From a bacterium (Candidatus Howlettbacteria) CG_4_10_14_0_8_um_filter_40_9 (lineage in GTDB: Bacteria > Patescibacteriota > CPR2 > UBA1875 > GCA-2785325): a DNA stretch of 47,675 bases. The notes beneath the pieces were generated by a model. The model worked only from the letters and a program-made list of their open reading frames with translations. It was not told the DNA's origin and ran no database searches. Below are positions 1 to 8,460 of the stretch, piece by piece (position 1 is the first letter of the stretch; each line of letters starts with the position of its first letter). The translations under genes and the position numbers were made by a program. The stretch is taken from contig PFMH01000047.1 of the NCBI GenBank assembly GCA_002785325.1, forward strand, positions 1-47,675, given 5' to 3'.

Positions 1-402
1 GAAATGTTCAAAAAACAGCTTGATCAAGGTCAGGCAGGAGATAATGCAGGTATCTTACTTCGAGGAATCGAAAAGACAGATATCGAAAGAGGACAAGTTA
101 TCGCAAAGCCGGGTTCGATAACACCTCACACAGAGTTTGATGCTGAAGTCTACATCCTTACAAAAGAAGAAGGCGGACGACACACACCATTTACCAAAGG
201 ATACAAACCTCAGTTCTACATCCGAACTACAGACGTTACAGGTGAAGTAGAGTTCGAAGGCGAGATGGTAATGCCTGGCGATACTTCAAACCTTAAAGTA
301 AAACTCATTTCTCCGATCGCTCTAGAAGAAGGTATGAGATTCGCGATAAGAGAAGGCGGACGAACTGTTGGAGCAGGAGTTGTAACAAAGATTGTGAAAT
401 AG
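1..402 (+). CDS. tuf: Elongation factor Tu, C-terminal part (5' end lies outside the window)
   Basis: The frame is open from base 1. The translation ([10 protein letters not shown]...GRHTPF...[12 protein letters not shown]...[12 protein letters not shown]) matches EF-Tu domains II/III, and rpsJ follows. Confidence 0.95.
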   Translation, partial: EMFKKQLDQGQAGDNAGILLRGIEKTDIERGQVIAKPGSITPHTEFDAEVYILTKEEGGRHTPFTKGYKPQFYIRTTDVTGEVEFEGEMVMPGDTSNLKVKLISPIALEEGMRFAIREGGRTVGAGVVTKIVK

Positions 403-506
403 TTACTAAGTTGATAAGTTGCTAGAGTTGATAAGGATTAATAAATAATAAACAATAAATCAAGTCCAGATTTCCAAATGAGATTGGGGCGGGTAAAGAA
501 CTTAAA

Positions 507-839
507 ATGGCAGAAAAAAACGAGACTAGCGACAAACCGAGGATAAGGATACGGCTCAGGGCTTATGATAATAAGATCATAGACCAATCTTCAAAACAGA
601 TTATCGAAACTGTTGAAAGGACTGGAGCCATAACAGCCGGACCTATCCCTCTACCGACCGAGAGAAAGCCGATAACCGTCTTAAAGGCTTCAAACATCGA
701 TAAAAATGCTAGAGAGCAGTTTGAGATGAGAGTTCATAAACGCCTTATAGACATTCTCGAGCCGACTCCGAAGACGGTCGACAGTCTCACTAACATTTCT
801 TTGCCAGCCGGTGTAGACATCGAAGTAAAGATGGGGTAA
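507..839 (+). CDS. rpsJ: 30S ribosomal protein S10
   Basis: 110 aa with [10 protein letters not shown]...HKRLIDIL, typical of S10. It sits just downstream of tuf. Confidence 0.96.
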   Translation: MAEKNETSDKPRIRIRLRAYDNKIIDQSSKQIIETVERTGAITAGPIPLPTERKPITVLKASNIDKNAREQFEMRVHKRLIDILEPTPKTVDSLTNISLPAGVDIEVKMG

Positions 840-856
840 ACGATTCTTCGAAATAT

Positions 857-890
857 AAAAAGAACTGTTCTTAACGAGCAGTTCTTTTTG
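857..890 (+). terminator. Rho-independent terminator after rpsJ
   Basis: AAAAAGAACTGTTC / GAGCAGTTCTTTTT stem with a 5-nt loop, followed by a T-run. Confidence 0.7.
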
Positions 891-990
891 ATTTGTGAAT
901 CACAGATCGTGAATTGAATAATCCTTTTGTCATTCTGGCTTGCCTGCCCGTTCCGAAGCCTTTTGCGAAGGAGGGTCCAGAATCAAAATC

Positions 991-1133
991 TTTTTTCCAC
1001 TTTTTGGCAGCAAAAACTGGAGGAAAAACTGCCGACTTTACAGATTCTCAAAATGTCACAATCTTCATTCACTCATGTATGAAAAATGACAACAAGCCGA
1101 TTCCGGAAGTCATCTTTTCATACGTTCACTCAT
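991..1133 (+). repeat. 143-bp dispersed repeat, copy A
   Basis: Aligns without gaps to 19456-19598 with about 10 mismatches by eye. It starts CCACTTTTTGGCAGCAAAAACTGGAGGAAAAACTGCC. A partial third copy lies at 21698-21769. Confidence 0.85.
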
Positions 1134-1195
1134 CTTCATCCTCTCTTTGCTCACCGATAGTCGGGATTCAAGAACAGACAAAGGTAAAAATATTG

Positions 1196-1224
1196 TTGTA
1201 TTTTGGAGTATATTGTGCTAAGAT
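1196..1224 (+). promoter_or_regulatory. Sigma70-type promoter with extended -10
   Basis: TTGTAT, 17-nt spacer, TAAGAT, preceded by TGTGC (TGTGCTAAGAT). Lies upstream of the Zn-ribbon gene. Confidence 0.5.
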
Positions 1225-1342
1225 ATAGACATAAAAGGCCAGGGGTAAGGTACTATTTGAGTTATAAAGATCCACTTTATACCATAAGCGTCGAAACCTA
1301 TTCCTTTAGCCCAAAGTATTATTAATATAGGAAGAAGTCAAG

Positions 1343-1645
1343 ATGCAAGACAAAACACTAGTATGTTCTGACTGTGGGCAGGAATTTGCCTTCACAGTTA
1401 GAGAGCAAGAGTTTTATCAGGAAAAAGGTTTCGAGAACGAGCCAAAGAGATGTCCTGACTGCCGAAGAGCAAAGAAACAGGCAGGAAGACAACAGTTCGA
1501 GATTACCTGCGCTGATTGTGGTGAAAAAGCCACTGTTCCTTTCGAACCGAAAGGCGACGGACCGCTTTACTGCAGAGAGTGCTTCTCAAAGCACAGAGAC
1601 GATGAAAAAGGCGGCTCTGAGGTTGCGGAGAAAGAAGCGGCTTAA
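1343..1645 (+). CDS. Small double zinc-ribbon protein (two CxxC...CxxC pairs)
   Basis: 100 aa with CSDC...CPDC and CADC...CREC. Has its own promoter and a strong terminator. Resembles the widespread small CxxC zinc-ribbon family; the exact family is not verified. Confidence 0.75.
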   Translation: MQDKTLVCSDCGQEFAFTVREQEFYQEKGFENEPKRCPDCRRAKKQAGRQQFEITCADCGEKATVPFEPKGDGPLYCRECFSKHRDDEKGGSEVAEKEAA

Positions 1646-1660
1646 TAAAGCTAAAGTAAT

Positions 1661-1698
1661 AAAAGAACGCCCTGAGAAATCAGGGCGTTCTTTTTTTA
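1661..1698 (+). terminator. Rho-independent terminator
   Basis: GAACGCCCTGA, GAAA loop, TCAGGGCGTTC: a perfect 11-bp stem flanked by an A-run and a T7 run. Confidence 0.9.
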
Positions 1699-1713
1699 AC
1701 TGATATAAAACTC

Positions 1714-1742
1714 TAGACATTGGGGATAAAATTTGCTAAAAT
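1714..1742 (+). promoter_or_regulatory. Promoter for the rplC operon
   Basis: TAGACA, 17-nt spacer, TAAAAT, with TGC immediately upstream of the -10. About 270 nt of hairpin-rich leader follows before the rplC ATG. Confidence 0.5.
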
Positions 1743-2013
1743 TTACTAGTAATTTAGTTATTACAAAGAAATAAGGCAGATTCACGGTTAGATGTGAATA
1801 AGAACTGAGAAATTATTAAGTCTTACGGATCCTTTCACAAGGTCAGGACAAGTAAGATACTGATTGTTTGTCAGATAATATTTTGCTTAAAATTTGCAAG
1901 CAAATTGATCCCGAATGAAATCACGAATTTATTCACAAATTATCTCGAAAAGTATTCGGGAAAATTAGGATGATATTCGTAAGTAATTAGGGAGTAATTC
2001 CAAAGGAATTTTT

Positions 2014-2655
2014 ATGAAAGCCATACTAGGGAAAAAAGTTGGAATGACGCACATCTTTGATGACAAAGGGAATATGATCCCTGTTACTGTCGTCGAGGCT
2101 GGGCCTTGTGTTGTGACTCAAGTAAAGACAGACGAGCATGAAGGTTACAATGCAGTTCAGATAGGATTTGGCGAAGCAAAGAATCTTAAAAAATCAATCC
2201 TCGGTCATTTGAAAAAGGCTGATACAAAGTCAAGCTTTTTAAGAGAACTTCGAACAGAAGAAACGTTGAAGGTCGGAGATAAGATAAAGGCAGATGTTTT
2301 CAGCGAAGGGGATAAGATCCAGGTTGAGGGAACTTCGAAAGGTAAAGGTTTTGCCGGAGTTATAAAAAGACACGGTTTTCACAGAGGGCCGACAAGCCAC
2401 GGTTCGCATCACCACAGAGCGCCGGGGTCTATCGGATCGATGTTTCCGCAGCACGTTGTTAAAGGGACAAAACTTCCGGGTCGGATGGGGAATGACAAAG
2501 TAACGACTAGAGGATTAAGCATAGCGAGCGTCGATGCTGACAAAAACCTTTTGGCTATAAAAGGAGCGATCCCTGGACCAAAACGAGGCATAGTATTGAT
2601 TAGGAGTTTAGATAAAAACAGTGAATTAAGCGAAATAAGGAGCGATGAGGAGTGA
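2014..2655 (+). CDS. rplC: 50S ribosomal protein L3
   Basis: KKVGMTHIFD...GKGFAGVIKRHGF. Conserved operon position. Confidence 0.96.
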   Translation: MKAILGKKVGMTHIFDDKGNMIPVTVVEAGPCVVTQVKTDEHEGYNAVQIGFGEAKNLKKSILGHLKKADTKSSFLRELRTEETLKVGDKIKADVFSEGDKIQVEGTSKGKGFAGVIKRHGFHRGPTSHGSHHHRAPGSIGSMFPQHVVKGTKLPGRMGNDKVTTRGLSIASVDADKNLLAIKGAIPGPKRGIVLIRSLDKNSELSEIRSDEE

Positions 2656-2772
2656 ATTTAAAATTAAAATCTCAAAGTTAAAAATGACAATGCAAAATTT
2701 TAAACTGTAATTTTTATTTTTTAAATTTAAACTTTAAATTAAATTAGGTATAAAAAGGAATTTAATAAACAA

Positions 2773-3468
2773 ATGAAAGTAAGTGTATACGACAAACAAG
2801 GGAAGAAGGTTAAAGACTTAGATATAAAGTCGGCTGTTTTGGATACGGAACCGAAACCTTTAGTTTTGAGAGAGGTTGTACTTTCTTTTTTAGCCGGGCA
2901 AAGAAATGCTCATGCAAAAACAAAGAAGAGAGGCGAAGTGTCTGGCGGAGGCAAAAAGCCTTGGAGACAAAAAGGAACAGGACGAGCTAGGACAGGATCC
3001 ATCAGAAATCCGATCTGGATCGGCGGAGGAAATATCTTTGGACCGACTGGGATAGAAAATTTCAATAAGAAAGTAAATGTAAAAGTTAAGAAGCAGTCAC
3101 TTTTTATGGCTCTTTCGAGTAAAAAAAGCGTAAACGGGATTATCGTTTTAGATAAGATTGATCTTAAGGCGCCAAAGACAAAAGAAGTCGCAAATATTTT
3201 TAAAAAATTACCGGTTGAAGGAAAAAAACTTGTTGTTTTACCTGAAAATTCAGAAATTCTAAGTAAATCTTTAAAGAACTTAGAAGACACAAAAGCCATT
3301 TCATTTAAAAGCTTGAATACATACGAAGTGCTGCGAGCAAGACAAGTTGTTTTTATAGGAGATGCATTGGAAAAAACTGTTGAATATTTTGGAAGCAAAG
3401 AAAAGAAGAAGGCAGAACCGAAACAGAAAGAGACAAAGCCGTCTACATCACCTAAAGCTAAGGAGTAA
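2773..3468 (+). CDS. rplD: 50S ribosomal protein L4
   Basis: GGGKKPWRQKGTGRAR signature. Lys-rich C-terminal tail. Confidence 0.95.
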   Translation: MKVSVYDKQGKKVKDLDIKSAVLDTEPKPLVLREVVLSFLAGQRNAHAKTKKRGEVSGGGKKPWRQKGTGRARTGSIRNPIWIGGGNIFGPTGIENFNKKVNVKVKKQSLFMALSSKKSVNGIIVLDKIDLKAPKTKEVANIFKKLPVEGKKLVVLPENSEILSKSLKNLEDTKAISFKSLNTYEVLRARQVVFIGDALEKTVEYFGSKEKKKAEPKQKETKPSTSPKAKE

Positions 3469-3470
3469 AC

Positions 3471-3755
3471 ATGATTTACGATATTTTGAGACAACCGGTT
3501 ATATCAGAAAAGAGCTTTGCTAAGGCAGAGGAAGGCAAGTATGTCTTTTGGGTTTCGACTGATGCCAACAAGATAACCGTAAAAGAGGCAGTAGAAAAAG
3601 CTTTTAAAGTGGATGTCAGAAACGTAAATATCCTAAATCTAAAAGGAAAAGTAAAAAGTTTTGGGAGAAAAAGCGTTGGCAAGAGAAAAGACAGAAAGAA
3701 AGCTATAGTTACATTGAAAAAGGGACAAGAGATAAAGGAATTGAAAATAAGTTAG
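3471..3755 (+). CDS. rplW: 50S ribosomal protein L23
   Basis: 94 aa, ISEKSF...KITVKEAVEKAFKVDV. Position between L4 and L2. Confidence 0.93.
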   Translation: MIYDILRQPVISEKSFAKAEEGKYVFWVSTDANKITVKEAVEKAFKVDVRNVNILNLKGKVKSFGRKSVGKRKDRKKAIVTLKKGQEIKELKIS

Positions 3756-3855
3756 GGAAAAATATCCAATTAACAATATCCAATTTCCAATGAGGATTAT
3801 AAGAAGATAGATTTAATAACCAAATAGCGAACAGCTAATAGCTAACAGCAAGATT

Positions 3856-4689
3856 ATGGCAATCAAAGTTTACAAACCGACAACACCAGGAAGAAGAGGA
3901 ATGACCTCGGATGCTTTTACTGATATCACAAAGAAAAAGCCCGAGAAAGCTTTGACTGTGACTTTGAAAAAAAAGGCTGGTAGAAATGCGCAAGGTAAGA
4001 TAACGGTAAGGCATAGAGGCGGCGGTGCAAAAAGAAAATACAGGATTATAGAATTTGGCAGTATTGAAAATAAGAAAGCTATAGTGGAAGCTATCGAGTA
4101 TGATCCAAACAGATCAGCAAGGATAGCCCTCATCAAGTTTGAAGATGGCAAAAAGGCATATATCATTGCACCGCAAGGGATGACTGTAGGGAAAAAGCTC
4201 GAGTTTGGGGCTGAAGCCGATGTAAAAACGGGGAACAGAATGCCACTTTCTAAGATACCGGTTGGTACTACTATCTACAATGTTGAGATTATACTAGGCA
4301 AAGGTGCCCAGCTCGCAAGGTCTGCGGGGACATCTGCCCAGCTAGTTGCACGCGAAGGCGCCTATGGACACGTAAAGCTTCCTTCAGGTGAAATAAGGTT
4401 GGTGGATGTTAGATGTTATGCTTCTGTAGGGGCTGTTTCAAATCCGGATCATTCCAACATCAAGATCGGAAAAGCCGGGAGAAAGAGACACATGGGTATA
4501 CGACCTACCGTCACCGGTAAATCTATGAACCCGGTAGATCACCCGCATGGAGGAGGAGAAGGCCATCAGCCGATCGGAATGAAACATCCAAAAACTCCTT
4601 GGGGAGCAGCTGCTTTGGGACTTGTTACTCGAAAGAGAAACAAGCCTTCAAATAAATATATAGTAAGAAAGAGAAAGAAGAAGAGATAA
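3856..4689 (+). CDS. rplB: 50S ribosomal protein L2
   Basis: [12 protein letters not shown] and HPHGGGEG motifs. Confidence 0.97.
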   Translation: MAIKVYKPTTPGRRGMTSDAFTDITKKKPEKALTVTLKKKAGRNAQGKITVRHRGGGAKRKYRIIEFGSIENKKAIVEAIEYDPNRSARIALIKFEDGKKAYIIAPQGMTVGKKLEFGAEADVKTGNRMPLSKIPVGTTIYNVEIILGKGAQLARSAGTSAQLVAREGAYGHVKLPSGEIRLVDVRCYASVGAVSNPDHSNIKIGKAGRKRHMGIRPTVTGKSMNPVDHPHGGGEGHQPIGMKHPKTPWGAAALGLVTRKRNKPSNKYIVRKRKKKR

Positions 4690-4828
4690 AGGGTAATGTC
4701 TAATATCAAATTACTAATATCTAATGAAATCCCAAATGTCAATTCAAAGATAATTAGACATTTGACATTAAATAATTTGAAAATTGATTAGAAATTAGAA
4801 ATTGTTAATTAGAAATTAAGGAAAAATT
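4690..4828 (+). repeat. AT-rich self-complementary intergenic spacer (rplB/rpsS)
   Basis: 5' half TAATGTCTAAT...TACTAATATCTAAT. 3' half ATTAGACATT...GATTAGAAATTAGAAATTGTTAATTAGAAATTA. Confidence 0.6.
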
Positions 4829-5107
4829 ATGTCTAGATCATCAAAAAAAGGCCCATATGTAAATGAAAGACTTCTAAGCAAGATTATAAATCTTGCTGCG
4901 GGCGAAAAGAAAGTTATAAAGACTTGGGCTAGGAATTCGGATATTTCCCCGGAAATGGTCGGACATACTTTGGGCGTTCATAACGGCAAAGATTTTATTC
5001 AAGTTTTTATATCAGAAGAGATGGTCGGACATAAACTAGGAGAATTTTCTCCCACAAGGAAGTTCAGAGGACATGGTGGAAAGCTTGCAAAAGCACAAAA
5101 GAAATAA
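4829..5107 (+). CDS. rpsS: 30S ribosomal protein S19
   Basis: SKKGPYV...HNGKDF...[16 protein letters not shown]. Confidence 0.96.
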   Translation: MSRSSKKGPYVNERLLSKIINLAAGEKKVIKTWARNSDISPEMVGHTLGVHNGKDFIQVFISEEMVGHKLGEFSPTRKFRGHGGKLAKAQKK

Positions 5108-5132
5108 CCCAATTAATAAAAGGTAAGTAAAC

Positions 5133-5780
5133 ATGGAAGTTAGAGCACAAATCAAATATATAAAGATATCTCCTCTAAAAGCCAGAACGGCTGTTGGAGT
5201 GATAAAAGGCAAAAATGCGATGTCAGCATATCAAATGCTAAAGCATATGCCGCAAAAGAGTGCGGGAGTTTTGGCTAAGGTACTTACCAGCGCCATGGCA
5301 AATGCTGAGAATAATCATAACCTTGATAGAGAAGCTTTGACTGTAAAAGAAGCCTATGTAGATAACGGACCGAGTTTTAAAAGGATTCAACCGAGGGCTC
5401 GAGGTTTAGCTTTTGGAATACTCCGAAAGACAAGTCACATAACGATCGTAGTTTCCGGTGAAAAAGAGTCTCGAAAGATAAAGAAAGCAGTACCGGTTGA
5501 GGAAGAAAAGAAGATAGAAACTCCGGTAGAGCAAAAAGCGCAAAAAGTTGAGACTCAGAAGGTAGCGGAAGTAAAGGAGAAAGAAGTTGTTACGGAAAAG
5601 GCAGAAACAGCAAAAGTAGAAGAAAAGAAAACATTGAAAGATTTGGCGAAAGATAGAGTAAAGAAAGAAACCGGAGAAAAGAAAACAGTCAAAGAAGAAG
5701 GATTCAAGGGAGATAAGAAGAGCTCCGATCATGAAAAAGGCGGATTCTGGAATAAATACTTCAGACGTAAAACAGGATAA
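5133..5780 (+). CDS. rplV: 50S ribosomal protein L22 with ~100-aa K/E-rich C-terminal extension
   Basis: The N-terminal ~110 aa are L22-like (ISPLKARTAVGVIKGKNA...HITIVV). The remainder is a low-complexity K/E/V tail. Confidence 0.92.
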   Translation: MEVRAQIKYIKISPLKARTAVGVIKGKNAMSAYQMLKHMPQKSAGVLAKVLTSAMANAENNHNLDREALTVKEAYVDNGPSFKRIQPRARGLAFGILRKTSHITIVVSGEKESRKIKKAVPVEEEKKIETPVEQKAQKVETQKVAEVKEKEVVTEKAETAKVEEKKTLKDLAKDRVKKETGEKKTVKEEGFKGDKKSSDHEKGGFWNKYFRRKTG

Positions 5781-5862
5781 ATAAAAATTTCCAATTAACA
5801 ATATCCAATAAAAATTATAAAAAATCTTATTTACTAATCACTAATCACTAACAACTAATATT

Positions 5863-6552
5863 ATGGGACAAAAAGTAAATCCAATCAGTTTTAGACTTCA
5901 GTACAGTAAGAAATGGAAATCAATGTGGTTTGCAGGCAAGGAAGACTATGCCCGATTTCTTCATGAAGACCTGAAGTTAAGGGAAGCGGTCTTTAGTATC
6001 CTTGGACCAAAAGGAGGCATTGCTGACGTTCGTATAGAAAGAAGCGCAAATGAGATAAATATCTTCCTATCTACCTCTCGACCAGGAGTGATCATCGGCA
6101 GAGGCGGAACAGGAGCGGTAGACCTTAAGAAAAAGCTTCAAAAGTTTGCGACTGATAAGATCAAAGATATAAGTATTACTGAAGTAAAAAATCCTGAATT
6201 GAATGCTAGACTTATCGGCGACAATATCGTAGGTCAGTTAGAGAAAAGAATAGCTTTTAAGAGGGCGATGAGACAGTCAGTTGAAAGAGCTTTAAAAGCT
6301 GGGGCAAAAGGGATAAAGATCATGATTGCCGGCAGACTAAACGGAGCCGAGATCGCACGAAGAGAGTTTGTCTCAAGAGGAAAAATCCCTTTGCAGACGA
6401 TAAAAGCAGACGTTGATTATGCTTATCTTAGAGCAAAAACAACTTACGGAATTTTGGGAGTTAAGGTTTGGGTATATAAAGGCCAGGATATAGATAGAAC
6501 GGTAGAAGTAAAAAAGGCAGAAGATGATAGCATCGTTGGGGGAAAGAGGTAA
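5863..6552 (+). CDS. rpsC: 30S ribosomal protein S3
   Basis: MGQKVNPISFRL...GRLNGAEIAR. Confidence 0.96.
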   Translation: MGQKVNPISFRLQYSKKWKSMWFAGKEDYARFLHEDLKLREAVFSILGPKGGIADVRIERSANEINIFLSTSRPGVIIGRGGTGAVDLKKKLQKFATDKIKDISITEVKNPELNARLIGDNIVGQLEKRIAFKRAMRQSVERALKAGAKGIKIMIAGRLNGAEIARREFVSRGKIPLQTIKADVDYAYLRAKTTYGILGVKVWVYKGQDIDRTVEVKKAEDDSIVGGKR

Positions 6553-6679
6553 ACAATTTCCAATTAACAATATCCAATAACCAATTAGATAATTAGCCAA
6601 AACAGTCAGGGATTAGACATTTATACATTAGGATTTGATTAGAAATTAGTAATTAGATATTAGAAATTAAAACAAATAT
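6553..6679 (+). repeat. AT-rich intergenic spacer (rpsC/rplP)
   Basis: Starts with the TCCAATTAACAATATCCAAT box and ends with ATTAGACATT...GATTAGAAATTAGTAATTAGATATTAGAAATTA. Confidence 0.6.
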
Positions 6680-7114
6680 ATGTTAATGCCAAAAAAGACA
6701 AAACATAGAAAGCAGATGAAAAACCCTCAGTATGGAAATGATACTAGGGGGACCGATATTGCTTTTGGCAAATATGCGATAAAGTCTTTGGAAGCGTCAT
6801 GGATAACTTCGAGGCAGATAGAAGCGGCCAGAAGAACTATGACCAGACACATAAAAAGAGGCGGTAAGATATGGATCAGGATATTCCCCGACAAGCCGAT
6901 TACAAAAAAGCCGAACGAGCTCGGTATGGGTAAAGGAAAAGGACCGCTTGACCATTATGTCGCCGTTATAAAGCCAGGCAGAATAATTTTTGAAATGGAT
7001 GGAGTAGCAAAAGAAGTAGCTATGGAAGCATTGAAACTGGCTTGTTATAAACTTCCGGTGAAAACAAAGATAATAGAAAGAGAAACAGCAGGAGAAAAAC
7101 ATGAAGATAAATGA
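6680..7114 (+). CDS. rplP: 50S ribosomal protein L16
   Basis: [12 protein letters not shown]...[20 protein letters not shown]. Confidence 0.96.
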   Translation: MLMPKKTKHRKQMKNPQYGNDTRGTDIAFGKYAIKSLEASWITSRQIEAARRTMTRHIKRGGKIWIRIFPDKPITKKPNELGMGKGKGPLDHYVAVIKPGRIIFEMDGVAKEVAMEALKLACYKLPVKTKIIERETAGEKHEDK

Positions 7115-7361
7115 TATTGTTTCAAAAAAAGAAGATGTTTTGAGAAATGACCTTACCGAGCTTAGAAAAAAGCTCGAAGAGGCAAGATTTCAGATATCTA
7201 CAAGAGAAGAGAAAAATCTGAAAAAAATTCACAGCATCAAAAAAGATATTGCGAGAATCATGACGATTCTTAGAGAAAAAGAGATTATCGAAAGTGAAAA
7301 ATCTGCGTTGGCTGAAGATAAGCCTTCACTAAAGAGTATTAAAAACGGAAAGCGAAAGTAA
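7101..7361 (+). CDS. rpmC: 50S ribosomal protein L29
   Basis: 86-aa helical K/E protein. Overlaps rplP by 14 nt. Canonical position between L16 and S17. Confidence 0.85.
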   Translation: MKINDIVSKKEDVLRNDLTELRKKLEEARFQISTREEKNLKKIHSIKKDIARIMTILREKEIIESEKSALAEDKPSLKSIKNGKRK

Positions 7362-7363
7362 AT

Positions 7364-7633
7364 ATGAAAAGAAGATTAATAGGAAAGGTTGTTTCAAATA
7401 AGATGGATAAGACGATTGTTATCTCGGTTGAGAGAGTCAAGGAGCACCCTATCTATAAAAAGAAATACAAGGTTTCAAAAAGATTTAAAGCCCACGCAGA
7501 AAACGCAAAAGAAGTTGTCATGGGTTCGGTTGTTACGATAGAAGAGTCAAGGCCGATGAGCAAAGAGAAGAGATGGACCATCGTCACCGAAGAAAAGGTT
7601 GAGAAAAAAGAAACAGTTAAGAAAGAAAAATAA
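7364..7633 (+). CDS. rpsQ: 30S ribosomal protein S17
   Basis: GKVVSNKMDKTIVISVER...HPIYKK. Confidence 0.94.
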   Translation: MKRRLIGKVVSNKMDKTIVISVERVKEHPIYKKKYKVSKRFKAHAENAKEVVMGSVVTIEESRPMSKEKRWTIVTEEKVEKKETVKKEK

Positions 7634-7659
7634 TTTAAAATTATTCGAAAGACAAACAT

Positions 7660-8028
7660 ATGATTCAAATGCAGACAAGACTTAAAGTAGCAGACAACAC
7701 AGGCGCAAAAGACGTTATGTGTATCAAGGTGCTTGGCGGATCTAGGAGAAGATATGCCAGGTTGGGCGACATCATTGTCGTTTCTGTTAAGAAAGCGATC
7801 CCAAACGCCAATGCAAAAAAGAAAGAAGTCGCCCGAGCCGTTGTTGTGAGACAAGTTCAGGAATTCAGTCGAAAAGACGGTTCAAAGATTCGTTTCGATG
7901 AGAACGCCTGTGTCCTTATTACCAAAGACGGACTGCCAAGAGGAACGAGAATATTTGGGCCGGTTGCGAGAGAGCTTCGAGAAAAAGGTTATATGAAGAT
8001 AGTATCATTAGCAAAGGAAGTATTATAA
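7660..8028 (+). CDS. rplN: 50S ribosomal protein L14
   Basis: [17 protein letters not shown]. Confidence 0.97.
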   Translation: MIQMQTRLKVADNTGAKDVMCIKVLGGSRRRYARLGDIIVVSVKKAIPNANAKKKEVARAVVVRQVQEFSRKDGSKIRFDENACVLITKDGLPRGTRIFGPVARELREKGYMKIVSLAKEVL

Positions 8029-8088
8029 CAATTAACAATTACCAATATCCAATTAACAATAAGATATTGATTAAATATTAAGGTTAAA

Positions 8089-8460
8089 ATGAAAATCAAA
8101 AAAGGCGACAAAGTAATAGTTCAACTAGGGAAAGACAGAGGAAAAGTTTCTACTGTGGAAAGGGTTTTGCCCAACACGGGAAAGCTTCTAGCTGATAAGG
8201 TAAATGTGGTAAAGAAACACAAAAAACCGACTCAAAATGAGAAAAGAGGCGGAATCATCGAAATGGAAAAACCGCTAAATGTTTCAAATGTTATGGTAGT
8301 TTGCCCAAATTGCAACAAACCAACAAGAGTTTCATATAGCATCAATAATAAGAGTAAAGAGAGAGTTTGTAAAAAATGCAAAGGTTCGCTGGATAAGACC
8401 CTTAGTCAAACTTATGGTAAAAACCTCTCGACTAAGCTCGGGGTAAAGGAGAGGAAATAA
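8089..8460 (+). CDS. rplX: 50S ribosomal protein L24 (four-Cys variant)
   Basis: KOW motif KIKKGDKVIVQLGKDRGK. The C-terminal half carries CPNC...CKKC. Confidence 0.93.
   Translation: MKIKKGDKVIVQLGKDRGKVSTVERVLPNTGKLLADKVNVVKKHKKPTQNEKRGGIIEMEKPLNVSNVMVVCPNCNKPTRVSYSINNKSKERVCKKCKGSLDKTLSQTYGKNLSTKLGVKERK

Noticed and set aside
914-1228. 104-aa + strand ORF between rpsJ and the Zn-ribbon gene
   Set aside because: It is composed entirely of the palindromic element and the 143-bp repeat. The reading frame is not preserved in repeat copy B (19456-19598). It has a TTG start with no SD.
2653-2655. Alternative genetic code (UGA reassignment, as in some CPR lineages)
   Set aside because: TGA terminates conserved genes at the expected length (for example rplC at 2653-2655 and the RCK gene at 20781-20783). 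No conserved ORF requires read-through of TGA.
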